NCBI RefSeq assembly: GCF_009914755.1
Contig: NC_060928.1
Direction: 5' to 3' (one strand)
From: the human T2T-CHM13v2.0 reference genome, Homo sapiens
Length of the DNA stretch: 64,000 nt
Numbering within the stretch: position 1 is the first letter of the stretch; every line of letters starts with the position of its first letter. Under the pieces are notes generated by a model. The model ran no database searches. It was not told where the DNA came from and was given only the letters and a program-made list of their open reading frames with translations. This document shows, in pieces, positions 16,598-29,496 of this stretch. Position numbers and translations under genes: made by a program.

Positions 16598-19460
16598 TAT
16601 TAAGTCTCACCTCCCCTTCTATATGACCCACCCAGTTGGCTGGATCCATACTTCTTAGGTCTATTCTTTTTTTAGTTCTATGAGATGTCTCAATGGCCTC
16701 TCAATTAATTCTGTTTTTTAAAACTCAAGTTCAATTGTTTCAACCAAAATAATTTTAACCACCCACATCTAACAGCCCATAAAATGTTTCTTAAGGAATC
16801 AAATTCTGTTACTTGTGACTGAGTATGCGAAAACACCTAAGGAGACAAAAACAGAATTAAAATAGTGACTGAAAAAGAATTCATAAAGTGTCCAGTACAC
16901 TCTCTTCTGAAAAATATGTTATATTACTTGTAGATGTTGAATATTTTTGGTATGCTATTCCTAGAAATAATTCAATATTTTGTCTCCTATTCAAAGTTAT
17001 ATTAATTGTAATACATTTGAATTTATAATAAACACCAGTTCTATTTTATTTTATATATATATAACATGGAGGCTAAACAGAATGTGCTATGGTTGTGCAG
17101 TTTCTGACAAAATAAGTAACTAAATACATAAAAATAAATTTTAAAACACAGTTGTTTTCAATAAGCAGCCAATGTTCTTCACTTAGCTTCCTGTATGATT
17201 GATTTAAATATTTGTATTTCAGTGGTATTTTGCAATCCAGTTCAGGGGGAGGAGCTATGATGAAGATATAATTGTCCTAGAGAGATGTGATCAACAATGT
17301 TCACAGCTAATATAATCTGCATATTAAATAAACAAAATTAACATGTCCCAGAATCTGCCTGTCACATTTCTAAAGGGCCATGTGTGAAAGAGTTAATCGG
17401 TATGTTACAGTGCTGCATATGAAGACCTTTGAGAGCTTCTCATTCTTGGAATGCTCCCTTCTAATGCCAAGTGGCCTTATCATTGCCCAATCAACTCAAA
17501 AAACAACCCAAATGCTATTTCTTAAGATTTATAATTTTTAAATAACCACTTTTTTTATTTTTGAATATTTGAGTATGTATTAAGTGATTCATTAAGACCT
17601 AATTAATTGTTATAATAAAATCACCTAATTCTCAAGATGTTTAAAAAGATATACCATATAGTATAGGATAACATAGAATAATTACATTTTAACTGTTGAG
17701 CTTTAAAAGAAAAATACCTTACAAACTGTGTGTATAGTTAAAACAATGTAAGTATTAAACTTTGTGTAAAAATACCTAAAATTCTATTATTGAATTTCAT
17801 ATTCTGATAGACCCTACTTTTATTTTGATAAGTGGATCAATAGAAATTTACTTCTCTATTTGCATGAAAATCCATTAATTTATTATAGTACTGTATCTGG
17901 CTACAGATAAAATTCTGAAAAATAATTACAGCCAGGAAAAAAGCTTATTTCATAGCTGTATGAATGATAATACCAATATTTCATTAAGTATACCGAGGGA
18001 TTTGGAATCTAGCTTTCATGTATTGTCTCCTATGCAGTTAAACATTATAAATGAAACAATAGTTTTCTCAACATTAGCATATGAATCAAAGAACATGCAA
18101 TTCTAATAGGTAGATTCCATCCTAAGTAATGTTTATGTCATTTATTCTAATGCATAGATAACACATAATTCAAGCAGATAAACCACTATCAGGCATCTAT
18201 CTAGAACAACTCCTAATACATGCCTGTTGAATGAAAAACTTCATCTTACTTGACATTTATTAAATTACTTCCAGAAAGGCAATCACGAATATAGAACACT
18301 TTATTTTTATTAGTTTAGACATATGCACATTAATGCTGCCTGAATTCCTAATACACTTTAAAAAATGTTTTTGAGGGAATGTTAGAATGACGCTTTAGTC
18401 TGAACTCCGACTTACCATTATCAGAAATAATACCTACTTCAGTTTATTCAAGTTGGGAAGTGAGGTAAGAACATAGTCACAGTTGCCTTTACTATGTTCC
18501 TTGATAATGAACTGCAAGTCTATCTTAGCCATCCAAATTTCCAGATAATGCTCTAAGAGAGTCAGAGTAAATAAATCCCCACAATACAAAAGAAGAGAGC
18601 AGCTAATAATCCATTATCTTCTGTTGCCACAGTTTCGTTATAAGTAATGTTTCACATTCTTCTAAAAGCTGCTGTCAGTAGGAGAAATATGGTAGCTAAG
18701 CAGCTAAATGAATTAAAATGAGAAGAAATTAATGGTTTTGGCAGTTTTGAAGAAGTAGTACACTGACTAAATTCTTGCTGCTCTTATTAGATCAAAAAGT
18801 AAAGAACACAAGAGCAGTCCTAAGCAAGAATTAGTTGCCCAAAAAGAATAAATCATGAACGTCAAGAAATCTAAGTCTATGTCATCTAAAGAGGACACAT
18901 TCCTTGAGTTAACTTTACTGAAAAAGATTCTGCTCATTCTGTGAAAAAGTGAAGGTACTCGTCTCAACCATTTTTACCTGATAATATCCGAAGAGCCCAA
19001 CCACAATATCCCATGAGTTAATATTTTTTAAAGTGATATGATATACAAGCTATGAAACAAAATAAATTGATCTTTCCTTTACCTAGCAGAAATCATGGCC
19101 AAGTACCATCCAAAGCAACTGAAGTTTGAGATTGGAAATTAAAGTATAATCTGGGCCTACTAACCACCACAAAGCAAGACGATTATGGAAAATGAATGAT
19201 AAAAGGGAGGGGAAGGTAGGCAGTAGGGCCACAATGGGACAGGAAATGTCCCACTGATTTGCTAGAGAGGAGAGATAGATGATACTGCTGACGTGGTTTC
19301 AAGGTGGTGTCTATGCTAATATGGCAAACCCAATCCTTAACAAGACAAGCCTCTACAATCTATTCAAGTCTATACATATGACTGAAATAATGAATTCAGT
19401 GTTAAAGATAGGAGCATCACAAATAACTTATATTTAATCTATTTTTAAAAACCTTTATCA

Positions 19461-20041
<581 letters not shown>

Positions 20042-20620
20042 AAGATGAAGCTGTAGGTTATTTTAGTTTTTATTGATTCATTGATTCTTTTGTTATTTGA
20101 CATCAATGTATTGCACTAAAGGCCTCATTCATTTGGGGTCCTTCTGCCTGTTCAGGTTTATTTGCCTAATTATAAAAAGAAGCAGTGCAAAGCAAATACA
20201 ACAATCTGTCAGTGGGCATAAGAGTAGTAGATATAAGAGTTAAGGCTGTTGTTTGGCACCTTGTAGATCAAACGATTAACTAGATTTTGTTTTTTTCTTT
20301 TTGTTTACAATAGTATCTAGACACACCCTACACTCCGTTTCGCACTGAGTTGTTTTGTTTTGTTTTTCTATTTTCAGAAGTGAATGCTTGCCAACTTGCT
20401 TTTATCTTATCTTACCTGTTGGAATGTGTCTTCAAAGTAGTTTGACATTCTAAGTATCTAAACCAGCATTTTTTTTTTTTTTTTTTTTTTTTTTACATAG
20501 TACAAAAGACTTTTCAATCCTTGATGCTTAGTTTTGAGAATCATGCATTGGGAATGCTGCATTGGTCATTCCATACATTATATTCTACAAAAAATAAAAC
20601 AAGACCAGGAAAAGACTTCA

Positions 20621-20700
20621 TAAACTTGAACCATATGAAATTGCCTGTATTCAATGGTTTTTTTAACTTACAAACAGGGCAATTTCATATGGTTCCCACT
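20621..20700. mobile_element. MADE2 mariner-derived MITE
   Basis: 18-bp perfect inverted repeat gaaccatatgaaattgcc (20628-20645) / ggcaatttcatatggttc (20678-20695), about 80 bp in total. Confidence 0.8.
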
Positions 20701-21687
20701 TGTAGATTATACTGTATATTTTTATGTTATATTTTAAATTATTTTTATTTTATATAAAGTACTGAATATGTGGGCTGCTCCCATCACCTGATAATAATGC
20801 TATATAAATTGTTGAATTCTTCAAAATACTCTACATTCAAATTTTGAGCAGTAATCAATCATTTATAAAATTTTCTAAATTTTGCAAAAAAAATAAAGAC
20901 AAGTTAATAATACATTTTAAATAATGGCCAACTACAGAAAATTAGTTAAGAGTCAAAGTTTAGTCATATATGATACTGGAAGAAAATATAATACACAGAA
21001 TCTGAAATAGTAAATGCAAACATCTCTGATATGAGTTTGAATTGAGTTTTGAACCTGGATTTTGAATATGAATGTTCCTGAAATGCTAAGTTGACTGTGC
21101 TTCATAATAAATAATGAACCCTTATAATGCTTGTACGATCCAAGGGTATAAAAACTTTCTTGCTATTTGTCCCTAAATATTCATTCACTACCCTAACACA
21201 CCCAATCACACACTCCAAAGACACAATATCCTTTTTTAAAGACTACTGCAAATACCTGCTTAAAGCAACACAGACTTATCTTCTTGGTCAAGATACTGGT
21301 TTCCATGCTGTCTTCCTACATTTGTTTTATAGTGTTAAGAGGTCCTGCTTAGATCTTCCCAAGACTTCTTTAAGTGCAATGGGAAGCTATGCCAGTATTT
21401 AATGTTTTTCAAAATGCATTTCAGAAATTTAGCCTTCATTTTCCTGCAGATAAACAAAAATAGGCAGTAAAATGTTATCATATAAACTGGAGATCTACTT
21501 TTTAAAAAGCTAGCCATTAAAGAAATAAAGTGAATTAGCAACATTTTTTGGAAAAAGTACAAAATGTTTACTTCATACTTATCAAAGTCATAATTCATAT
21601 ATATTTGCTTAATTATTTATCACGTTTCCTCCTCTTCCTCCTATGGTGTTATAAACACCATAAAAGTAAGGATTCTGTTTGTTTTAT

Positions 21688-21808
21688 TCATATATGTGTG
21701 TATGTGTGTATTTGTTTATATGCATCTGATATGTGTATATACACACAGGATATATACAAACACATATGTCTACATAGAATATATGTAGATATATACATAT
21801 GTGTATAA
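21688..21808. repeat. (TA/TG/CA)n low-complexity tract
   Basis: catatatgtgtgtatgtgtgta...atatacatatgtgtata. Confidence 0.8.
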
Positions 21809-22149
21809 TGTGCTACTAGTATACTATAAGCTAAATTAAGTATTTGTTGTACTAATGAATAAATGAAACTTTAAAATCTAGTCTATAAGCATCTATCTGA
21901 TGTTTTTATCTCTTCAACAATAAATCTCCATCAGCACCACAACTTAAGTTTACTTAAAGTACAGTCTCTAGTTTTCAGCTTTTTACTTACTTTCTGAATT
22001 ACTGAATCTCAAATATCTCACAGGCCTTCTTTGAGAAGATATGTAAGATATGTGCATACATAGATACATAATAAACGGTAAAACTTGAAATTTTCATTTA
22101 CTCCTAACCTTTCCTCTTTTCTCAGTATCTGTTCTTTGGTTTTAGCCAT

Positions 22150-23030
22150 ATGAAATCATAAGTCAATGTACAAATGTTGAGAGTCTGCAATGTGACAGGC
22201 AATGTGTTTGGCACTAGCAATAAAGGGAGGGAGCTCTCTGAGCAGAGAAATATAAATGAAAACAAATTAGCATACAAATAGAAGAGTGCCAATAGAAGTA
22301 TACACAATGTGTTACATATGTTTGAAGAGAGGACGGCTGTACTTCAGGAACAATTAAGATGTGAAGGTAGGAGAAAAATTTCACAGTAACTTTGTTATAT
22401 CTTGAAGGAAGACCATGGGGTCTCACTAAATGTCAGGAGGAACATCCATTGTAGGCAGACGAAACAACAAATACGTAGGCAGTCTCTCTCTGCCACGCCC
22501 TTCATTTAGTTCTGCAAAAAGTGACAGTAGCACCATCAAGCTGCACTGGTCCACTCCAATGGTTCTAAATTGCATTATCATTTTTTCCTCTTGCTTAAAT
22601 CAACTTTTATTATGTAGTATGGAAATTTAACCTGGTGCAAAAGGCCCTTCATAGTCAGAATGATCACTTCAGCTTTATCTGACAACTTCCAACATCTATT
22701 TGTGAGTGTATCTCAAGTCTCATGACTCTTGCAAGGGCTATGTTCTCTCAACCCAGAATACCGTCTTTCTCCTACTACTAATTCTGCTTGCTTTTAAAAA
22801 CTAAACACAGTTATTACGTATTCAAAGAAGCTTTTATGAAATTGAATGTGCACCCCTGTAGCAGCATGTCAGTATTTGTTTTTTCGCATTGATCACAACG
22901 TGCCATCAGAATGTGGCTTATTGATTTGCCTCATCACAAAGGTCTCAACTTGTTGATAACTATCTCTCTTATCTCTGCCTCACTTGCAGAGGGCACCAAA
23001 TACAGGGACCCATGAAAAAAACTTGAATAA
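22150..23030. mobile_element. Degenerate L2 fragments (minus at about 22150-22460, plus at about 22530-23030)
   Basis: aaatgttgagagtctgcaatgtgacaggcaatgt; ggaacatccattgtaggcagacgaaacaac; L2-like pyrimidine-rich block. Confidence 0.5.
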
Positions 23031-23832
23031 CCTACAATGTGGGATACTTTAAATAGTTCTCTAGTGCCTTAAGAATGTTAATGTGTTCTCCATATTAACT
23101 AGCTATTAACTCTTTGAAATCATAGAATTAAGCATTCAAAAGGACTTCAGGGCTATCTAACCCAGTGTATTAAAAAATATTTTTGACCATGACCCACGGT
23201 TAGAAATGTTCAACATCAAGGCCTGGTACACATACTTGTATGTGTACTGTCTATATATGAATCTGAATCTGAATCATATATCCATAATACAATATTTACA
23301 CTAATACTTAAGATACAGAAAAAAATAAAATTAATACAAATCTTATTTTATTACTATTTAAATACACCAACAACAAATGAACAATACCAAAATAAACCAA
23401 AGAATAAACCAATAATCCAAAAATTGCTTTTAGCTATCCACAAATATTACTTCAAGGCCCATTAATGGTAACAACCTCACCCCTCATTCATTTACTTATA
23501 AACCTTCCACACATTTCACAGATAAAAGTGAGGTCTTGAGAAGTACCAGACAAAAGAGTTCAAAGTTGGATCTTGAACACATCTAAATGATGGTACTCTT
23601 TCTACTTTACCAAAATGAGAAAGACAGGGCTTTTGCTAAGAGGCCATAGTCTATCTGACTAATTCATTCTTTGAGACTAGATCCCTTGGGCAAAATACCT
23701 TTACTAATGAATTCAATAAATCCACTGTCTAAGCTTCTTATCTTTATACACAAGATATATTTTTTGACAGAATATTTGTTTTAAAAGCAGATCTGATTTG
23801 AAATCTAATTAGCAAGAATATTTTAAATCCTC

Positions 23833-23967
23833 CAAATAATAAATGTTTGAGATGATGGATATGCTAATTACTCTGATCTGATCACTATATATTACATGTA
23901 CTGAAATAGTGCTATGTACCCCATAAATACGTAGAATTATTATATGTCAACTTAATAATAAAACCAA
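23833..23967 (+). mobile_element. Short 5'-truncated L1MA 3' end
   Basis: aaatgtttgagatgatggatatgctaattactctgatctgatcac...gtaccccataaata; flanked by aaatcctc repeats (probable TSD). Confidence 0.85.
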
Positions 23968-25336
23968 AAAATCCTCAGAACTCTAATAAACTCTGGATCA
24001 AAGCTGACGAGGCTTCAATATAGAAATTTCATGTTGTAATGATATTTTCAGGGTGGAAAAGTGAGTGTTTGGAGATGATGCCGTAAGTTGGGAAGAGAAG
24101 AATCAGGCTGATAAAAAACACTTACTGAAGAATTCTGAAATAAATTAGAATAAGAGAACTCCAAATTTTTCTAATTTTTTAAAGAAATTTTTAGCATATT
24201 ATATTTATATGAATGTTAGTTAAATATAAAAGTTTTTTCTACTGTACGTTTTGTCTTATTCTGTCTTTATCTTGATAAATAAGAAATATACTTTGTTGTA
24301 TTTAGTAAGAAGTACAGATAATATGCTATATCATGCTATCATGATGGGTTTATATGGGAGATTTATGCATGAAATGGAAGTCTTCCTTAGGCTTATGCTG
24401 TCATTTGAAAGTAAATTAGGGAGGGCAGGAACACTCATCATTTAAGAGTGCCAGAGCCTACAGGCTTTAAGTATTTAGGTTAATTGAAGACAAAATCAAA
24501 TGACTGAACAATTAAAATTATCACAAAATCATGATTAAGTTGGAAACATCAGTCAGTGCAGAACATGTGGGAAATTTGTGTCTGTAGAAAGATCGAGAAC
24601 CTTTTTAAGAAACAAGGCTAGACTTAGCACAAGTTTGAATGAAATCATCCATCAAATATCAATTATTCCTTTCGAAGTCTATAAAACAATAGCCTGAATA
24701 TTACCTAAACATAAATATATAATACAAATTTATTTACCTTAAATTCAACAATTGATCAATTATTTTGGAGTTCAATTATGATGATACAAAGTCTAGATTT
24801 TGTTAATTTGATAATTTTTTACATATGAGTATTTTAATTTTAATCATTTCACTCATGATATACAAAATAACCTATCATAGTTTCTATTAGAGTTAAATAA
24901 AAATTCTAGTAGACTCTCCTCTTAAATTTATATTTAATTTTCCCAGAATATACATCAATAAGCAACATATGATAAAAATGTATACCATGCTATGGAACAT
25001 GGAAAAGTAACTAAATGGGCTATATTAAACACTTTATTCTTTGAAGTGTAGGTTTTACTAAATGTTTTAAATATTAATATAGTTAACTTATTACCTCACA
25101 TCATTTCTATTTCTTTTATTTAGAAACAAAAAACACCACATTGGCCTCTGTTGTTCAAAAAAATTCTGATATTTAAAAACAACAACAATAAAACTTTAAT
25201 ATAAAATACAATAACACACATTAAAACTCTAATGTTTAAATCAATCTCCACCAGCCAACATCTGTACTACCTGTCTCAGGAATTGTAAACCTCTGTCCCC
25301 ACTGATAACCTTTACTGAGAAAAGCTGAATACTTAC

Positions 25337-25347
25337 GCGTACATCAT
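25337..25347 (-). CDS. TMPRSS11F: First coding exon (11 nt, M-M-Y-A.., phase-2 intron) of transmembrane serine protease 11F (HATL4)
   Basis: The minus strand reads ...AGATCAGATGGTGACTGAATAGAAGCTGCCCCAGTCCTGGGTTC ATG ATG TAC GC|GTAAGT with a canonical donor. This matches the recalled N-terminus MMYAPVEFSEAEF and 5'UTR, and a tiny first coding exon is typical of TMPRSS11 genes. Only 11 coding nt are visible, so the identification relies on recall. Confidence 0.8.
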
Positions 25348-25416
25348 GAACCCAGGACTGGGGCAGCTTCTATTCAGTCACCATCTGATCTGTATCAGCA
25401 GGTTAGGACTTGGAGG
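25348..25416 (-). other. TMPRSS11F: 5'UTR part of TMPRSS11F exon 1; the TSS probably lies within this stretch, or the exon starts at the AG acceptor at 25417-25418
   Basis: Unique non-repeat sequence directly 5' of the ATG, preceded on the minus strand by gtcattattttgcag. Confidence 0.65.
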
Positions 25417-25700
25417 CTGCAAAATAATGACAGTCACTGGCAACAAGAAAGGAAACAAGTTTGACAGGTTTAGTGAGTGAGGTATGCAGTCTTCTAGCCT
25501 GATAAGAACAAGAACATGATCAGTTTTGTGCCAACTGGCTCCACACAGTGAAGTAATTGTCAATATCCGCATAGAGAAGCTCCAAGTAGTAGAGGGCTCA
25601 GAATGTGCAACTTGTGATGATTCAGAAGACCACACTTTTCCAGTTGGGGAAGTATGATAAGCATTGAGGTGTGGCCCCAGTTTGCTTTCCAAAAAAAAAA
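25417..25700 (-). promoter_or_regulatory. Putative TMPRSS11F proximal promoter with a tandem GRHL-like site and a KLF-like site
   Basis: Repeat-free sequence next to exon 1; AAACAAGTTTGACAGGTTT at 25453-25471; GAGGTGTGGC at about 25666-25675; no canonical TATA seen. Confidence 0.5.
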
Positions 25701-26887
25701 AAAAAACCAACAAAACAAAACACACTAGAGCACACTGATGGCACTTCTTATTTGTTCATTAGAAATGTTCAGTCTCTTCCCTTTGAGGGAATAACAAGGG
25801 GTAGCGGAGTGGAGAAGACCTGAGTTATGAACCAGGGCACCTGTCTCAGCCATTATTCAGCTTATTGGGACTTACTTTCCTCCTAAGGAAAATGGCAGGA
25901 CTGTATTAGCTTTTCTTAATACTGTCCATTTTAGCTCTAAATATAATAGAACGTATTGAAACAATTTATTTACCCCAAAAAAGGCAGAAAAGGAAGGTAA
26001 ATATCAAAAGCAAAAACGTATTTTCTTCTTTCTTATTATTAGGAATAACTTTGTCCATCTTAGTGGTATGAATTCCCAGTATTTACAAACCGTCCCTTTA
26101 AATACTTTCATATATCTATAGAGAATTTAGTATAAATACATGAACTTCTTATAAAGATCAGAAAAGTTACAAAATAGAAATTACAATTTTAAGAGCTATT
26201 AAGGCTCAGAGTCAAAGGATATTAAAGAAAAATGATAAATTTTTACTTTGGTTGTACAGAATATCTTCATCTAAAATGCTAAAAATGCAATGTGCCTCTA
26301 ATTGTAATACTTTCATTATAATGCTCTGCAAAGGTATTAAAAGGAACTATATTTTCCAAAACATTTGACAAATGAAAAAAATGAAACAGATTGTCAGTTT
26401 GTATAAACACCAACAATATGACAGAAGACATATGATAATACAATTTTGAGTAGAACTAAAAATGTCTAAATAAGTAGTTAATAAAATTTACCAGTCAGTT
26501 CACACTGAAAACTATAACTTCATTTAGCAAAAGTAACTTTCATCTTTGGAGCATTACTTTTTTTCAAAAGTAAAAAATTCCAAAATCTAATAAAAAGGTG
26601 CTAGAAAAATTATATTTGTTTAGTATATAAATATAACTGATTATTTTCATTTTTATATAGTATATGTAGTAGTATTTGTGCTAATTTGAAATTAACATTG
26701 TGTAAATATTCTTTTTAAATGGTTTTCATGTTTACATTTAAGCATTTCACATTAATAATAAACTAATATTTTATAATCCTTATTTGTTAAAATTCATAAA
26801 TATATTCTCAGCCTCTTACATTAGTAAATAATAATACAGCAGACAATAAGCTCTGTGGCTTAACTGAGGGAAATTAGGCTTTACAAG

Positions 26888-26917
26888 AAACATGTCCAAG
26901 TAATTACAAGCAAGTCC
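26888..26917. promoter_or_regulatory. p53/p63-family response element candidate
   Basis: Two perfect RRRCWWGYYY half-sites (AAACATGTCC, AAGCAAGTCC) with a 10-bp spacer. Confidence 0.4.
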
Positions 26918-27289
26918 AGCAACCAGCTTTGAGGATTCTGGATTAAAACATGTGGTATGTATAGATTTATTCTCTCAAGAAAATCAGTGTTTTCATATTG
27001 AATCACAGGACATGGTGGGGGGAACTTAGGAGATACAGCAATATTTACTTTAACCATGTTTAAAAAGTTAAAGATTACAGTAGAAGCTGTTTTATGTTTA
27101 ATGGCTCAAAAATAGAGATTTAATTGTCTCCCATCGGAATATTTTCTGTTTGGCCATTCTTTCAAATGATCTTTTATTTGAATAGTTTTAAAGTTTGTGT
27201 TTATTGGTTTTTATTTTCCCCCTCCTTCAGCTTTCAGTGACTACGTAAAATAACTCATTTTTTTCTCTGACATAATAGCTTTACCACAG

Positions 27290-27500
27290 TGGGGTGACAG
27301 TATACCAGGCTACTAGATAAGATGACTGGGTTCAGTTTCTGGCACTGGCATGAATTACCTTTGTGAAAATAGGAATGTTCTTAACCTTTCTACATCTCAG
27401 ATCCTCCCTCTATAATATGGAGATAATATTTGTCTCTAATTTAAAGGGGATAATAAATGTAAAGGACTTAAAATAGTATCTGTCCCATATTAATGTCCTT
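27290..27500 (+). mobile_element. MIR
   Basis: gactgggttcagtttctggc...cttaacctttctacatctcagatcctccctctataatatggagataata. Confidence 0.7.
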
Positions 27501-29243
27501 AGCACAGCTAGGTACTTTATTTTTTCTCACCCCTTTTTTTTGTGATTAGCACTATATTGCTAATTGTTCTCAATAGACTTCAAAAGTGGTATTTTCTAAA
27601 CTCTTCTGTCTATATGGCTCTCTTTTCAACAATACATTGTCTCAAGTTCTTTGCTTCAATTGTGATAAATAGGAGGAAGGGTATTAAGATGAATAACTAG
27701 AAGCACTTCCCACTTGCCTCCTCCACTAAAAGTACCAAAATTAGTGAGTAATCACACTTTGAATAGGTCAAAAAACATGAGAATTTAACAGAAAAGTAAC
27801 AGGGAATACCAAAAGCAAGAAGAGGGGAGTGAAGATGACCTGCTCTGCCATTGCTGGCTAGGAGCCAAGAGACTCCCCAATACAGGGAAATGGTGAGAGA
27901 CACTCAGAGGTCCAAATGTCTACCGTGGACTTTGGCAATCCTTGCCACAGCCCCTCAACCCTCTAAGCCTTTAAACTAACATAGGGAGCTGCTGAGAGAT
28001 TGTGTGACAACAGTACCCCAAGATGAAGCCCAAACTGGATTCCACAAATTCCTGGATACCTAAGCAGCTACCACAAGGTGCCATTTTAGAGCCCTACCCC
28101 CAAACAACTATGCGCTGTCCTAGAGCCCAGTGGTGCTGGGACTGAGGTGCAAGAGAAGCAGCAGCAGTTGCCCCTGTGGCACAGGCAGAAGCAATCATGG
28201 CATAATGCACACAGGGCTAAGATGCAAGTGAGGTGCCAGCTACCACAGCAGGGCCTGAGGAGTGGGCACTGTGGGGGCTAAGGCATAAGTAGTGCACAGA
28301 TTCCCACCCACCAGCATAGGCTGCTATCACTGAAGGTGGCACTGCCTCTGCCAGTGGCAGGACAGCAGCACATCCACTGCCACTCCTCACTTGAGCATCC
28401 TCCCAATGGCCTAAGGATTGCCCTGGCATTGCCTACCATAGCCTATACAATCACAAACCAAAAAACAAGCCCACCCCACCTGGATTCAACACCCTGCTAC
28501 ATGCCAGAGCACACAGTATGGAAAACAGAGAATTACCCAGCCCAATACTGTTGGCACCTGAATACTCTTCTCAAGAGTCTGAGATTAAGCCTATCTACCT
28601 GCCACTACCACCATAGCTGACACCTACCTGCAGGCACCATCTGCAGGCCTGGAGATTGACTCATCCAGTTCATTGCAGCCACCACCAACACCAGTTCACA
28701 CTGCCTAGGACCTAAGTGGTTGTCCTGCCACTGCCATCACCCACATCACATCAGCTGCACAGAAGCCTAAGAACCTGCCCACTTGACAAGCCCACTGTAG
28801 CAACAATCAGCATCTAAGTAAGCTACCTAAAGGCCCCAAAATCAGCCTTCCTGGAACCAATGGTACCAGTGTATGCCACCGTGGGGCCCAAGAACAGGTA
28901 CATTTAGCCCACCATTGCCACCACTGGGGCCCAAAGACTGGCCTACCTGTGCCAGTCTCCAAATATCTGCACCACAGCTTCATTAATAACATCACTTTAA
29001 ACCACCAAGAAAATAACAGATACCACTGACAATATTTACAGCCAAATAAATCATACGGAGACTACACTAATGGACACACCGATAATCAAGGCTAAAGTGC
29101 CTGAGTTATCAACACCATAGATTCAACCTCAGGAAAAAGTGCCCTCTATGACAGCAAATTCAAGATATTCAAAGAAACAACTGTTACATCAATGTGCAGA
29201 TATCAATGTTAGACCACAGAAAACATGAAAAAGCAAGGGAATG

Positions 29244-29496
29244 TGTATTAGTCTGTTCTCATGCTGCAATAAAGACATACCCAAGACTGGGTAATTTATA
29301 AAGGAAAGAAGTTTAATGGACTCATAGTTCCACGTGGCTGGGAAAGCCTCACAATCATGGCAGAAGGCAAAGGAGAAGCAAAGACCTGCTCCCATGATTC
29401 AATTACCTCCCACCAGGTCCCTCCCAAAACACATGGGAATTGTGGGAGCTACAATTCAAGATGAGATGTGGGTGGGGACACAGCCAAACCATATCA
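29244..29496 (-). mobile_element. THE1 solo LTR with an internal deletion
   Basis: tgtattagtctgttctcatgctg...gggtggggacacagccaaaccatatca; 5-bp TSD gaatg/gaata; only 253 bp. Confidence 0.92.

Noticed and set aside
18410-18440. Strong minus-strand donor ATG|GTAAGT inside intron 1
   Set aside because: No good acceptor at exon distance; isolated donors are common.
25088-25105. ATGATGTGAG|GTAAT resembling a second copy of exon 1
   Set aside because: It reads ATG ATG TGA (stop) and there is no flanking similarity to the real exon; probably chance.
25378-25725. 115-aa ORF overlapping the promoter
   Set aside because: Non-ATG start within a poly-T tract, no recognisable domain, and not joined to the TMPRSS11F frame.
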